DNA of 32,000 nt from Pyrolobus fumarii 1A. Its GTDB lineage: Archaea > Thermoproteota > Thermoprotei_A > Sulfolobales > Pyrodictiaceae. Below the pieces are notes generated by a model that was not told where the DNA came from, searched no databases, and saw nothing but the letters and a program-made list of their open reading frames with translations. The DNA is taken from the NCBI RefSeq assembly GCF_000223395.1, contig NC_015931.1, positions 780,001-812,000 of the forward strand, given 5' to 3'. A program made the position numbers and the translations under genes. Below are positions 16,244-24,507 of this stretch, in pieces; position 1 is the first letter of the stretch; every line of letters begins with the position of its first letter.

Positions 16244-16657
16244 TTGATAGACTCCAACGCCTATCCCCCCTGCTTGCGAGGCCTTGATTGCATCCTGATC
16301 TACAGTAGGTGCCTGGAACAACTAAACCCGCGTATACTACTCGATGCCAAGTTCGTTGGATGTGCCGCGTTCGCGACATGCCCCGAAGAACACCACATCA
16401 ACATGCTTGGATTCAAGCTAGCAGGCATGATATCGAGAGCACTACCACGGAGAGTCGCCGTTTTGACTGTTGACGGCTCCATGCACTGTATCCAGCTACA
16501 CTATATGCTGGAGGAGGTTGAGAAGATATCTGGACACCGCTTCGAAAGACGACACTATGTCGCGGTGGATGGCATCGTGCATGAGATATCTCCTCGCGTA
16601 GTACGCCTCTCTAGATTCCTCTCTAAGCTCGAGAAGCTAGCCGAACAACAAGAGTAG
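16244..16657 (+). CDS. Hypothetical protein. The start is uncertain, and the track ORF N-terminus overlaps tRNA-Thr.
   Basis: The ORF frame is continuous from 16172, but 16172-16205 is tRNA. Candidate starts are GTG 16214 and TTG 16244. No motif recognised apart from a VGCAAFATCPEE segment. Confidence 0.35.
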   Translation: MIDSNAYPPCLRGLDCILIYSRCLEQLNPRILLDAKFVGCAAFATCPEEHHINMLGFKLAGMISRALPRRVAVLTVDGSMHCIQLHYMLEEVEKISGHRFERRHYVAVDGIVHEISPRVVRLSRFLSKLEKLAEQQE

Positions 16658-16767
16658 CTGCCGGAGCGTTACTACGGTATTACTAGTTCTGGAGGATGCT
16701 ACGCGAACCAACATTATAGCATATCGCGTGGACGGCTGGGTGTTAGTAGTTGAAAACGAATCGTGGG

Positions 16768-17685
16768 ATGATCACAACGCGTCTTGTTGAATATACGAGA
16801 CCTTGTTGGCTATATGCGGCTGCAGCCGCAAAGATGAGCGCCTCTAGACGCAGCTTTACCGAGGCTCTCTCGATGAACACGTACGAGGCTGAAGTGTGGC
16901 TACACTCAATTATTCTACATGGTTTTACGAGCGTCCTGGAGCACTGCAAGTATACCTTTGAGGTTGTCTGCAGCAGGATATGCAGTCATCAACTCGTGCG
17001 CCATCGTATCGCGAGCTATACACAGCAGTCGATGAGGTGGAGTGAGGGCTTCCTTCGCGACATGGCGCTTGAGGCTTGCAAGGTAGTTGGCATGTCGTGC
17101 CCAGAGAAGCCGAGGACGAGAGAGGATTACCGCCTCTACTCTAGGGCGTTGAGCGAGTTCTCAGAGCTAATTAATAATGGCGACGTAGAATTACGTGAGG
17201 CGCTTAACGTGGTAAGTAAGGGGTATGTGATACCACCGTGGCTGGAGGGTGCCGCGCTCCGCGAGATGCTATCTGCTCTTGCCATCTCAACATCCACATA
17301 CTATCGCCTATTGTCGAGTGGCGTGCCTAGAGAGGATGCCCGCTTTGTTATACCAAATGCTGTTAAAACACGCCTAGTTGTGACGATGAATGCCCGTGAG
17401 CTTCTAGAGGTGTTTCTGCCGCTACGTCTCTGTACACGCGCCCAGTGGGAGATACGTCTGGTGGCATGGTCTATGCTTGAGGAGCTTCGGCGAGTAGAGC
17501 CCCTGCTATGGAGATGGGCCGGCCCCAGGTGTCTACGCGTCGCGCAGCTCGCTGGGGCAGAGTGCACACTTGACAAGCTGCTAGAAGGCAACTGCAAGCT
17601 ACCCGTGGACAAGTGCCCGGAGGGCGTCCCGCGCGCCGCGATACCAGATTGTGTCAAGAGAGCCAGGAGTATTGCAAGACTCTAG
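16768..17685 (+). CDS. thyX: Flavin-dependent thymidylate synthase ThyX, with a Cys-rich C-terminal extension
   Basis: LVRHRIASYTQQSMRW carries the ThyX RHRxxSxxxxSxR signature. The ATG 16768 N-terminus MITTRLVEYT is typical. Confidence 0.8.
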   Translation: MITTRLVEYTRPCWLYAAAAAKMSASRRSFTEALSMNTYEAEVWLHSIILHGFTSVLEHCKYTFEVVCSRICSHQLVRHRIASYTQQSMRWSEGFLRDMALEACKVVGMSCPEKPRTREDYRLYSRALSEFSELINNGDVELREALNVVSKGYVIPPWLEGAALREMLSALAISTSTYYRLLSSGVPREDARFVIPNAVKTRLVVTMNARELLEVFLPLRLCTRAQWEIRLVAWSMLEELRRVEPLLWRWAGPRCLRVAQLAGAECTLDKLLEGNCKLPVDKCPEGVPRAAIPDCVKRARSIARL

Positions 17686-17686
17686 T

Positions 17687-17743
17687 GCGTCGGGCGCCCG
17701 GCTACTTCATCATACATCAGTGTCTAACGGCTTCCTCATCCGC
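17687..17743 (-). ncRNA. C/D box sRNA filling the gap between two convergent stop codons
   Basis: Minus strand reads GCG-G-AUGAGGA(17739-17733)-AGCCGUUAGACA-CUGA(17720-17717)-UGU-AUGAUGA(17713-17707)-AGUAGCCGGGCGC-CCGA(17693-17690)-CGC. D' and C' are perfect, and the guides are 12 and 13 nt. Confidence 0.6.
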
Positions 17744-18628
17744 CTATTTGCCTGCTATGCTAGCAGCGCCAACCCACGCATAGAGCAGCAGCTCTAGCAT
17801 CCTCATAGCTTGCTCCATGGTTTCAGCTTTGTATGCAATGGTGCGCCCGTCTACCCTGCGGGCTCCCGGAAGCAACTCAGACACATCGGCGTACAGCGGG
17901 CTCGTTAGCCGGATAGTAACTTCTACTGGTGTCTTTGGTTTCAATGGCTTCAATTCACCCTTCTCAAGCTTCTCGTTCATGGCTTGCAATGCTTTGACCA
18001 ACGCTTCCTCGAGATCCTGTAGCGAGGGAGACACGGCAGCAAGGAAGCCTAGACTCCTCTTGAGCACTACTCTTTCTGCCCAGGGCGTGTATCTCTCCAC
18101 TTCTTCCATTAGCTCGGCCGAGCCAGCCACAAGACCAACCGGGATACCATTCTCGCCTAGGTACAACGCGTTCAACAGGTACTCGGACGCTGGCATACCG
18201 TTCACTACTACCTCCTCCACGTACCTCCCGGCATAGGTATGAGCCAGAACGGAGCGCTCACCAGCACGCGCATGGTACCCGAGAAAGATGGCAACGTCAA
18301 CACTCTCAACCAGAGGGACCATGGCGGGCGAGGCCCTAGGGAACCCGGTCACAAGCACAACTCCACGCGGGAATTCTAAAGGCTCTATGTTTATCATAAG
18401 ACCGTGACTATCGGCCACTATCACCTTCTCATACCCGGCTTCGATGAGCTTCTGGGAGACGAGCTTCGCTAGTTTCGTTGCTATCCGCCTTGCCTCGCCC
18501 CATAGCCTTCCATCGGGTCCTAGCTGGTGCCTTGACGAGACGATGTAGGGTAGCCCCTCAAAGTCTAAAGAGATGAGAGCGCTTGGCAACGCTATGGGCC
18601 CTCGAGTAGCGTAAACCCTCCCAAGCAC
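17744..18628 (-). CDS. DppA-like D-aminopeptidase (peptidase M55 family)
   Basis: ALISLDFEGLP at the N-terminus and VIVADSHGLMINI match the M55 pattern. The start may be the internal TTG 18589. Confidence 0.55.
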   Translation of the reverse strand: MLGRVYATRGPIALPSALISLDFEGLPYIVSSRHQLGPDGRLWGEARRIATKLAKLVSQKLIEAGYEKVIVADSHGLMINIEPLEFPRGVVLVTGFPRASPAMVPLVESVDVAIFLGYHARAGERSVLAHTYAGRYVEEVVVNGMPASEYLLNALYLGENGIPVGLVAGSAELMEEVERYTPWAERVVLKRSLGFLAAVSPSLQDLEEALVKALQAMNEKLEKGELKPLKPKTPVEVTIRLTSPLYADVSELLPGARRVDGRTIAYKAETMEQAMRMLELLLYAWVGAASIAGK

Positions 18629-18653
18629 TATACCAGCATAACGGTCGGTTGTC

Positions 18654-19376
18654 TTGATAGTCGCGGCCGTTCCCGTAAAAGAGCTGAGCGACCTAGCTAA
18701 AGCACACCATGCACTTTCAACGCCACTGGTTGACGCTGTGGAGTTGAGGCTCGACTACCTACCGTCGCTTGATGACATGCTCCGTGTTGTGCGAGAAGCT
18801 AGCGAAGCAGGCATACTCTCAAGGAGCATTGTTACTGTACGTGCATGGTGGGAGGGAGGGGTAAACAAGTTCAGTGACGAGGAGCGCATAAACGTGCTAA
18901 GAGCTGCCCTCGATCATGGCGCTATGCTCGTGGATCTAGAGGTGTATACGCTTGAACGGGTAGACCTCAAGCAGCTGGAAGGGTTTGACTGGAGGCGTAC
19001 ACTGCTCAGTCTGCACGTGGACGTTGAGAATTACAATGATGGTATGGCTGAGTATCTGTTGTCAAGTGCAAAGAGGCTAGGCGCGTGGGGTGCGAAACTA
19101 GCTGTGAAAGCCGATTTGCCAGAGCGCGTATCGAGTATACTGTACTGGTTCCTCAGCGAGGCTGCAAGGCGCAACATAAGGGTCGCTGTAATGCCTTACG
19201 GTTGCTGTATGGGGCTACGCTTAGCTCTCTATGCTGCCGGCTCAGAGCTGCTCTATGTCTGCGCTTCTGAGGATATTGGAGGGACTGCTACCGGCCAGCC
19301 ATGCTTGTCGAGAGACACTGATAGGAGTCTTGTCGAGTGCGTGAAGAGATTGCGTATGGTGGCTATGAGGCCATAG
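18654..19376 (+). CDS. aroD: Type I 3-dehydroquinate dehydratase-like protein
   Basis: VDAVELRLDYL matches the type I DHQase ElRxD motif. GAKLAVKAD resembles the Schiff-base lysine strand. ~240 aa. Confidence 0.55.
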   Translation: MIVAAVPVKELSDLAKAHHALSTPLVDAVELRLDYLPSLDDMLRVVREASEAGILSRSIVTVRAWWEGGVNKFSDEERINVLRAALDHGAMLVDLEVYTLERVDLKQLEGFDWRRTLLSLHVDVENYNDGMAEYLLSSAKRLGAWGAKLAVKADLPERVSSILYWFLSEAARRNIRVAVMPYGCCMGLRLALYAAGSELLYVCASEDIGGTATGQPCLSRDTDRSLVECVKRLRMVAMRP

Positions 19377-19385
19377 CAAGAAATC

Positions 19386-20927
19386 TTAGAGGACTAGTTT
19401 TTCTCCAGATAGTCTCCTCTTGTATACGCGATAAGTGGGTGTCACGCTCGTAGGCCTATTTGCATACACGTTGTCAACGCGCTTGACACTCGTGTTCTGA
19501 GGCGCTTTCTTCACAAGTTTCGGGTCACGATATGCTGTCTCTGCTATCTCGCGGAGCGCTCTTGCATACTCCTCGATGTATTCTCGCGTCTCGCTCTCAG
19601 TAAATTCTATCATGAGAGCCTCGTCTACAATGAGTGGGAAGTAGATGGTTGGCGCGTGCAACCCGCGGTCAAGCAACGCCTTTGCAACATCCTCGGCTGT
19701 CACGCCGGTCTCACGTGCAAGTGGCTTAGCGCTAATCACTAGCTCGTGCTTACGCGGCCTGCTAGGATCATAGGGTAACTCGTAACCCTTAACCCCCCTC
19801 ATGAGAGCTATGAAGTAGTTTGTGTTTATCACAGACTGTATCGCTGCCTCTCGGAGACCCTCACCAGACATCATAGCAATGTAGATGTAGGCCTTTAGCA
19901 GTGGAATTATGTTGCCATAGTAGGCGCGAATCCTCCCTATACACTTCTCACAGCGGTAGTCCCAGTAGTACTTGCGCCCATCATACTCTATCAACGGTCT
20001 GGGCAGGTAGTCTACAAGCTCGCCCTTCGCACACACAGGGCCTGCACCAGGACCACCACCTCCATGAGGCGCAGCGAAAGTCTTGTGAAGGTTGAGATGC
20101 ACTATATCAAAGCCCATGTCCCCGGGCCTCACTAACCCCATTATTGCATTGAGGTTCGCACCATCATAGTAGAGTAGTCCGCCTGCCTCATGCACTATAT
20201 CTGCTATCTCGAGTATCTTATCCTCGAAGATGCCTAAGGTGTTTGGATTGGTTAACATCAAGCCCGCCGTTCTCGGGCTAAGCGCCGCTCTCAGCGCTTC
20301 TATGTCAACCGTGCCATGAGGACCCGTTGGTATCCTTACAACACGGAACCCGGCCATAGCAGCTGACGCGGGGTTCGTCCCGTGAGCCGAGTCGGGCACT
20401 AACATCTCGTCACGCTGTTCACCACGATCAATGTGATACTTTCTTATCATCAACGCGCCAGCTAGCTCTCCGGCAGCACCAGCAGGAGGAACCAGGCTGC
20501 AACGCTCCATTCCGGTTATCTCGGCCAGCCACTTTTCCAGATGATAGAGTATCTCGAGTATACCCTGGACTGTCTCCTCATCCTGGAGCGGGTGTAACAG
20601 CCTCACTCTAGGATCGCGACTAATTTCCTCCGAGATCTTCGGGTTGTACTTCATTGTGCATGAGCCTAGAGGCACAGGACCTAAGTCAACGCCGTATGCC
20701 ATCTGGCTTAGTCGCGTATAGTGCCTTACAACTTCAACTTCGCTCAATTCTGGTAGTAGCAACTCGCGTCTAACCATGTTCTCTGGGAGGAGCCGACTGG
20801 ATCCTCCTATTAGCGCCTCAAGCTCCTCTAGCTCGCTCTCGTATGGTAGTATAGCGCCGCGCCTGCCTTCACCGCCGAGCTCGTAAATGAGAGGCTCGGG
20901 CCACTTCGCCTGCCTCCATCTCTCCAC
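19386..20927 (-). CDS. gcvPB: Glycine dehydrogenase (decarboxylating) subunit 2
   Basis: DSAHGTNPASA and NLHKTFAAPHGGGGPG (PLP-lysine region) motifs. 513 aa, directly downstream of gcvPA. Confidence 0.9.
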   Translation of the reverse strand: MERWRQAKWPEPLIYELGGEGRRGAILPYESELEELEALIGGSSRLLPENMVRRELLLPELSEVEVVRHYTRLSQMAYGVDLGPVPLGSCTMKYNPKISEEISRDPRVRLLHPLQDEETVQGILEILYHLEKWLAEITGMERCSLVPPAGAAGELAGALMIRKYHIDRGEQRDEMLVPDSAHGTNPASAAMAGFRVVRIPTGPHGTVDIEALRAALSPRTAGLMLTNPNTLGIFEDKILEIADIVHEAGGLLYYDGANLNAIMGLVRPGDMGFDIVHLNLHKTFAAPHGGGGPGAGPVCAKGELVDYLPRPLIEYDGRKYYWDYRCEKCIGRIRAYYGNIIPLLKAYIYIAMMSGEGLREAAIQSVINTNYFIALMRGVKGYELPYDPSRPRKHELVISAKPLARETGVTAEDVAKALLDRGLHAPTIYFPLIVDEALMIEFTESETREYIEEYARALREIAETAYRDPKLVKKAPQNTSVKRVDNVYANRPTSVTPTYRVYKRRLSGEKLVL

Positions 20928-20933
20928 GGCACA

Positions 20934-22349
20934 TCACCCCTCTATCGCCTCGTGAATAGCGTCAACTAGCATGTCTATGTGTTTCTTAGAGTGCACCTCA
21001 GTCGCACAGAACAGAGCCACCCTGGACAGCTCAACGTCAAACACGTCGCTTATCAACGGGTACTTTGCAAGTTGCAGCCCACCCATGATACCCTTCTCTA
21101 AGAGCTTACGGTGCACAACACCATAGTCGCCTGGAAACGCTACAGGCACATTCTTGTATATCCTGGCCTTCGGATATACAGGAGCTTTGAGACCGATACT
21201 GCGTAGCTTCATGGCCAGGTAGTTGCTACGCACTAGTATCTCCCGCGATAGTCTCTCGAACCCTTTACGCCCAAGGAGGCTAGTATAGACTACAGCAGCT
21301 ATCGCCATGAGCGCCTCGTTAGTAGTTATGTTCGAGGTTGCCTTCTCGCGGCGTATGTGTTGCTCCCTAGTCTGGAGTATCAGCGTGAAAGCCCTCTCAC
21401 CGTCAACAGTCCTAGTCATACCGACGAGGCGGCCTGGCATCTGTCTCACAAGCTTCCTATCCCACCTAACCGCGAATATCCCGAGGTACGGTCCACCATA
21501 GTTCAGTCCGAGGCCTAGAGGCTGTCCTTCAGCAACAACTATGTCGGCCCCATAGCTTCCAGGTGCTCGCATCAAACCAAGACTCGTTACATCAACACCG
21601 ACGATGAGAAGCGCACCACTTTGATGCACAATCTCGTTTATCTCATTAACCCTATCTTCTATTACTCCTAGGAAGCTCGGATTCTCAACGTAGACTGCAG
21701 CTACATCACCTTTACGCAGCTCTTCTTCCAGCCTCTCAATGTTAAGCCTGCCTGTCTCCCTCTCCACGGGTATACGCACAATCTCCACGTTTTTGCCAGA
21801 CACCCACGTTTTTACAACCTCGTAGTGCTCGGGATTCATACTGGCCGGCACTAGGACACGGTGCTTGTGTGTGACACGCAATGACATCAAGATAGCCTCG
21901 GCTAATGCCGTGCTCATGTCATACATCGACGCATTCACAACATCCATTTCCAGCAGGTCAGCCATTAGACTCTGGTACTCAAAGAGGGCTTGGAGTAAAC
22001 CCTGGTTTATCTCCGGCTGGTATGGCGTGTATGCAGTGTAGAACTCTGCTCTAGAGATTATCGCGTCTACAACTGCCGGGACGTAGTGAGGACAGACAGT
22101 GCCGCCAATGAATGGCGGTGGGTCGCGAAACACTCGATTACGCGCTAATAGCTTATCCACGTGCGTGCGCACTTCCTCCTCGCTTAGCGGCTTACCCAGC
22201 CCTACACGAGGAGGCTCGCTAAGCATAAGCTTCTTGGGCACATCAGAGTAGAGTTCAATGGGGTCCTTGACGCCTATGCGCTCCAGCATTATCCTCCTAT
22301 CGCGCTCGTTAGCTGCTGGTATCCACGGATGAGCCACGCACGCCCCCAT
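20934..22349 (-). CDS. gcvPA: Glycine dehydrogenase (decarboxylating) subunit 1
   Basis: HPWIPAANERDRRIMLERIGV is a family-typical N-terminus. TAYTPYQPEINQG motif. ATG 22349 lies 27 nt from the TATA centre, consistent with a leaderless mRNA. Confidence 0.9.
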   Translation of the reverse strand: MGACVAHPWIPAANERDRRIMLERIGVKDPIELYSDVPKKLMLSEPPRVGLGKPLSEEEVRTHVDKLLARNRVFRDPPPFIGGTVCPHYVPAVVDAIISRAEFYTAYTPYQPEINQGLLQALFEYQSLMADLLEMDVVNASMYDMSTALAEAILMSLRVTHKHRVLVPASMNPEHYEVVKTWVSGKNVEIVRIPVERETGRLNIERLEEELRKGDVAAVYVENPSFLGVIEDRVNEINEIVHQSGALLIVGVDVTSLGLMRAPGSYGADIVVAEGQPLGLGLNYGGPYLGIFAVRWDRKLVRQMPGRLVGMTRTVDGERAFTLILQTREQHIRREKATSNITTNEALMAIAAVVYTSLLGRKGFERLSREILVRSNYLAMKLRSIGLKAPVYPKARIYKNVPVAFPGDYGVVHRKLLEKGIMGGLQLAKYPLISDVFDVELSRVALFCATEVHSKKHIDMLVDAIHEAIEG

Positions 22350-22373
22350 TAGCGCAAATGCACATGCCAAGCC

Positions 22374-22379
22374 TTAAAA
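22374..22379. promoter_or_regulatory. TATA box TTAAAA/TTTTAA shared by divergent gcvPA and the 22418 gene
   Basis: The centre at 22376.5 is 27 nt upstream of ATG 22349 on the minus strand and ~41 nt upstream of TTG 22418 on the plus strand. Confidence 0.5.
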
Positions 22380-22417
22380 GATGGGCTTGAAGAGCGCTCA
22401 AGTGTAATACGAGCGTT

Positions 22418-23206
22418 TTGGTATACCTAGTGGGGGCCTGGCCCGTGCCCAAAGAGAAGGAGACAAGGAGACTCTCTACCGGACTCGTTATTGCAGGCGC
22501 ATACGCCGACAAGCTGAGACGCACGTTGTTCGCCCAGCTTCGCGACCTACTGAAGCAGGGCAAGATAGAGGCTAGTGAGGTTGCAAGGGCGGCTGGCGAG
22601 ATGAACCGCCTACTCTACGACATTATAGTGAACAAGTTGAAGCTTGACAAGGGTGATGTTGTTCGCGTCCGCGTGGAGTACATAGTTGAGGAGAAGGATG
22701 GCAAGGCTGAGATAAAGTGGCTTTATGATACACTAACACTAGAAGCATTCCGAAGGATACCGGAAGAAGAAGTTGCAAAAGCCGTCAAGGAGACTCTGGG
22801 TAAGCGCGAAGAGGTTCTGGGCTCGCCCGTTACGGGCCGCGAGGCAGAATGGACTGGCGAGAAGCCAACAACCTACAAGCCACGCGAACATGTAGAGATA
22901 GCTGATGTCACCGCTATAGGTGAGGTGCCCGAGACGAATGAGTATCTCTACCTTCTCCAGAACAAGAAGGGCGATAGTGTCGGCCTTATTGTAGCAAAAC
23001 GCCTCGACTCCGGCAGCGACATACGTGCAATCCTAGTATTAGATCACAAGGCGATGGAGGCTAAACTGAAGCTTGACACACCACCGGATAAGCTCGAAGA
23101 GAATAAGGAGAAGGTCATCGAAGCTCTTCACAATGCTGAAGCAACTGCTATACCAAACGAGGAGGCACAAAGGATAATCAAAGAGTATATGGAGAAAGCC
23201 GTCTAG
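22418..23206 (+). CDS. Conserved-looking archaeal hypothetical protein (possibly the DUF2258-like family; recalled, not verified)
   Basis: 262-aa ORF with even codon usage. The N-terminal block is LSTGLVIAGAYADKLRRTLFAQL and the remainder is charged. Confidence 0.5.
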   Translation: MVYLVGAWPVPKEKETRRLSTGLVIAGAYADKLRRTLFAQLRDLLKQGKIEASEVARAAGEMNRLLYDIIVNKLKLDKGDVVRVRVEYIVEEKDGKAEIKWLYDTLTLEAFRRIPEEEVAKAVKETLGKREEVLGSPVTGREAEWTGEKPTTYKPREHVEIADVTAIGEVPETNEYLYLLQNKKGDSVGLIVAKRLDSGSDIRAILVLDHKAMEAKLKLDTPPDKLEENKEKVIEALHNAEATAIPNEEAQRIIKEYMEKAV

Positions 23207-23353
23207 AGACGAGAGGCGTCAACAACTTCTAACCATTGCCCGAGGCTATATAGAGCGATAACGGCAAACCGAAGCACCTTGCCACGCCGATCTCAGCATG
23301 ATTCGTAATTAGCAGTTGTTGCAGACGCGTCGCACTAGCTATTCTCGAGCTTG

Positions 23354-23359
23354 TTTAAA
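23354..23359 (+). promoter_or_regulatory. TATA box TTTAAA for the coiled-coil gene
   Basis: It lies ~37 nt upstream of ATG 23394. A G-rich SD (GGGGGG, 23383-23388) sits 5 nt before the ATG. Confidence 0.45.
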
Positions 23360-23393
23360 GCTCCGCATCTGCCGCACTACTGGGGGGCGACCC

Positions 23394-23813
23394 ATGGTCC
23401 ACGACATGAAGCGTTTTGACTCTGCCGAGGAGTTTCTACGTAGCATTGACCAAGAGATAGCAGATATACGTAGCAGGCTTGGCGAGTATCTACGCCGCGT
23501 AGAAGAGGCTAAGGCTAAAGCAGAGATGCTTAAGAAGTTCGAGGAAGTCCTTGGTAGACTTGGCGCAAAGCCCTCCATGCCTCAGACTCAGGAGCTCACC
23601 CTTGGCGAGTTGAAGATCATTATCAATCCCACTCCTAACCAAGAACTAGAAGCTCTTGTCAACGTTGTGCGTGACTTGCAAAACAGGCTTAATAGGCTTG
23701 AGAGGCTAAAGCAGCATCTTGAGCCGCTCCGCGAAATGGCAGTCACTGGTATGCAGATAGAAGTTCTATACGAGGATGGTGTACCAGTACAAGTGTTCCT
23801 CCGTCTAGCCTAA
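23394..23813 (+). CDS. Hypothetical coiled-coil protein (139 aa from the internal ATG)
   Basis: Heptad-rich helices flank a short beta segment (LTLGELKIIINP). The start was chosen from TATA and SD placement. Confidence 0.5.
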   Translation: MVHDMKRFDSAEEFLRSIDQEIADIRSRLGEYLRRVEEAKAKAEMLKKFEEVLGRLGAKPSMPQTQELTLGELKIIINPTPNQELEALVNVVRDLQNRLNRLERLKQHLEPLREMAVTGMQIEVLYEDGVPVQVFLRLA

Positions 23814-23851
23814 AGCCTCGCACTCCCCCTAATGATAATCAGGGCTGTAGC

Positions 23852-24085
23852 GTGGTAGGCGAAGAGAAACCTGTCACATTTATCGAGGGCCTCGTGTATC
23901 TAGGCCACGTTAAGAAAGTCGAGCTTCTTGAGTGTCAGCCGGGTTTTGCCCGTGTAGCCGCGCATACCAGGGACGGCCATGTGTACGTCACAAAATGTCT
24001 TCATGTAGATGCTGCTAGGAAGCTTCACAGCGTGTGGAATATCTACATAACGCAAGGTTGGAAAGTCGAGGAGGTTGGCAGCTGA
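23852..24085 (+). CDS. Hypothetical small protein (77 aa)
   Basis: GTG-start ORF, 38 nt after the previous gene on the same strand. No motif recognised. Confidence 0.4.
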   Translation: MVGEEKPVTFIEGLVYLGHVKKVELLECQPGFARVAAHTRDGHVYVTKCLHVDAARKLHSVWNIYITQGWKVEEVGS

Positions 24086-24135
24086 GTCTCTTAATCAACC
24101 CCCATCACCGTTAGCCTCGGCTAGGGTGGTAAGAC

Positions 24136-24507
24136 GTGCCTGAAGAAAACAAGAAGAAGATGCGCATGACTTTGCCAAAGAAAGAGTCTGACCTAGAGAA
24201 GGTTGTAGAGGAGGTTATGGAGCTACATCCTGAGATGGCACACGAACACGAGCATGAACACCATCACCACCATCATCACCATCACCACGATATTGACGAG
24301 TTGTTACACGTTGTGGATACGCTAATCGACATTATGAACTCGAGGGTACACAACCTGGAAGAAAGGTGCAGCTTGATAGTAGAGGATGTAAAACTGCTCT
24401 ACAAGCTTGTAGGGACGCTCTTCGCCGCTATCTATGCTAGAAGCGAGGAGGAGAAACGCAAAGCCCTAGAAGAAGCCATTAAGATACTTGAGGCGCACCG
24501 AGCTTAA
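24136..24507 (+). CDS. Histidine-rich helical protein (HEHEHE followed by ten His); putative metal-binding
   Basis: Codons 24241-24288 encode HEHEHEHHHHHHHHHH. SD-like GGGTGGT lies 5 nt before GTG 24136. The C-terminal half is predicted helical or coiled. Confidence 0.55.
   Translation: MPEENKKKMRMTLPKKESDLEKVVEEVMELHPEMAHEHEHEHHHHHHHHHHDIDELLHVVDTLIDIMNSRVHNLEERCSLIVEDVKLLYKLVGTLFAAIYARSEEEKRKALEEAIKILEAHRA

Noticed and set aside
15957-16257. Two 76-aa minus-strand ORFs, and the first 11 codons of the 16172 ORF
   Set aside because: They are antisense to or overlap tRNA-Thr. Their composition (Pro/Arg/Gly) reflects the tRNA complement.
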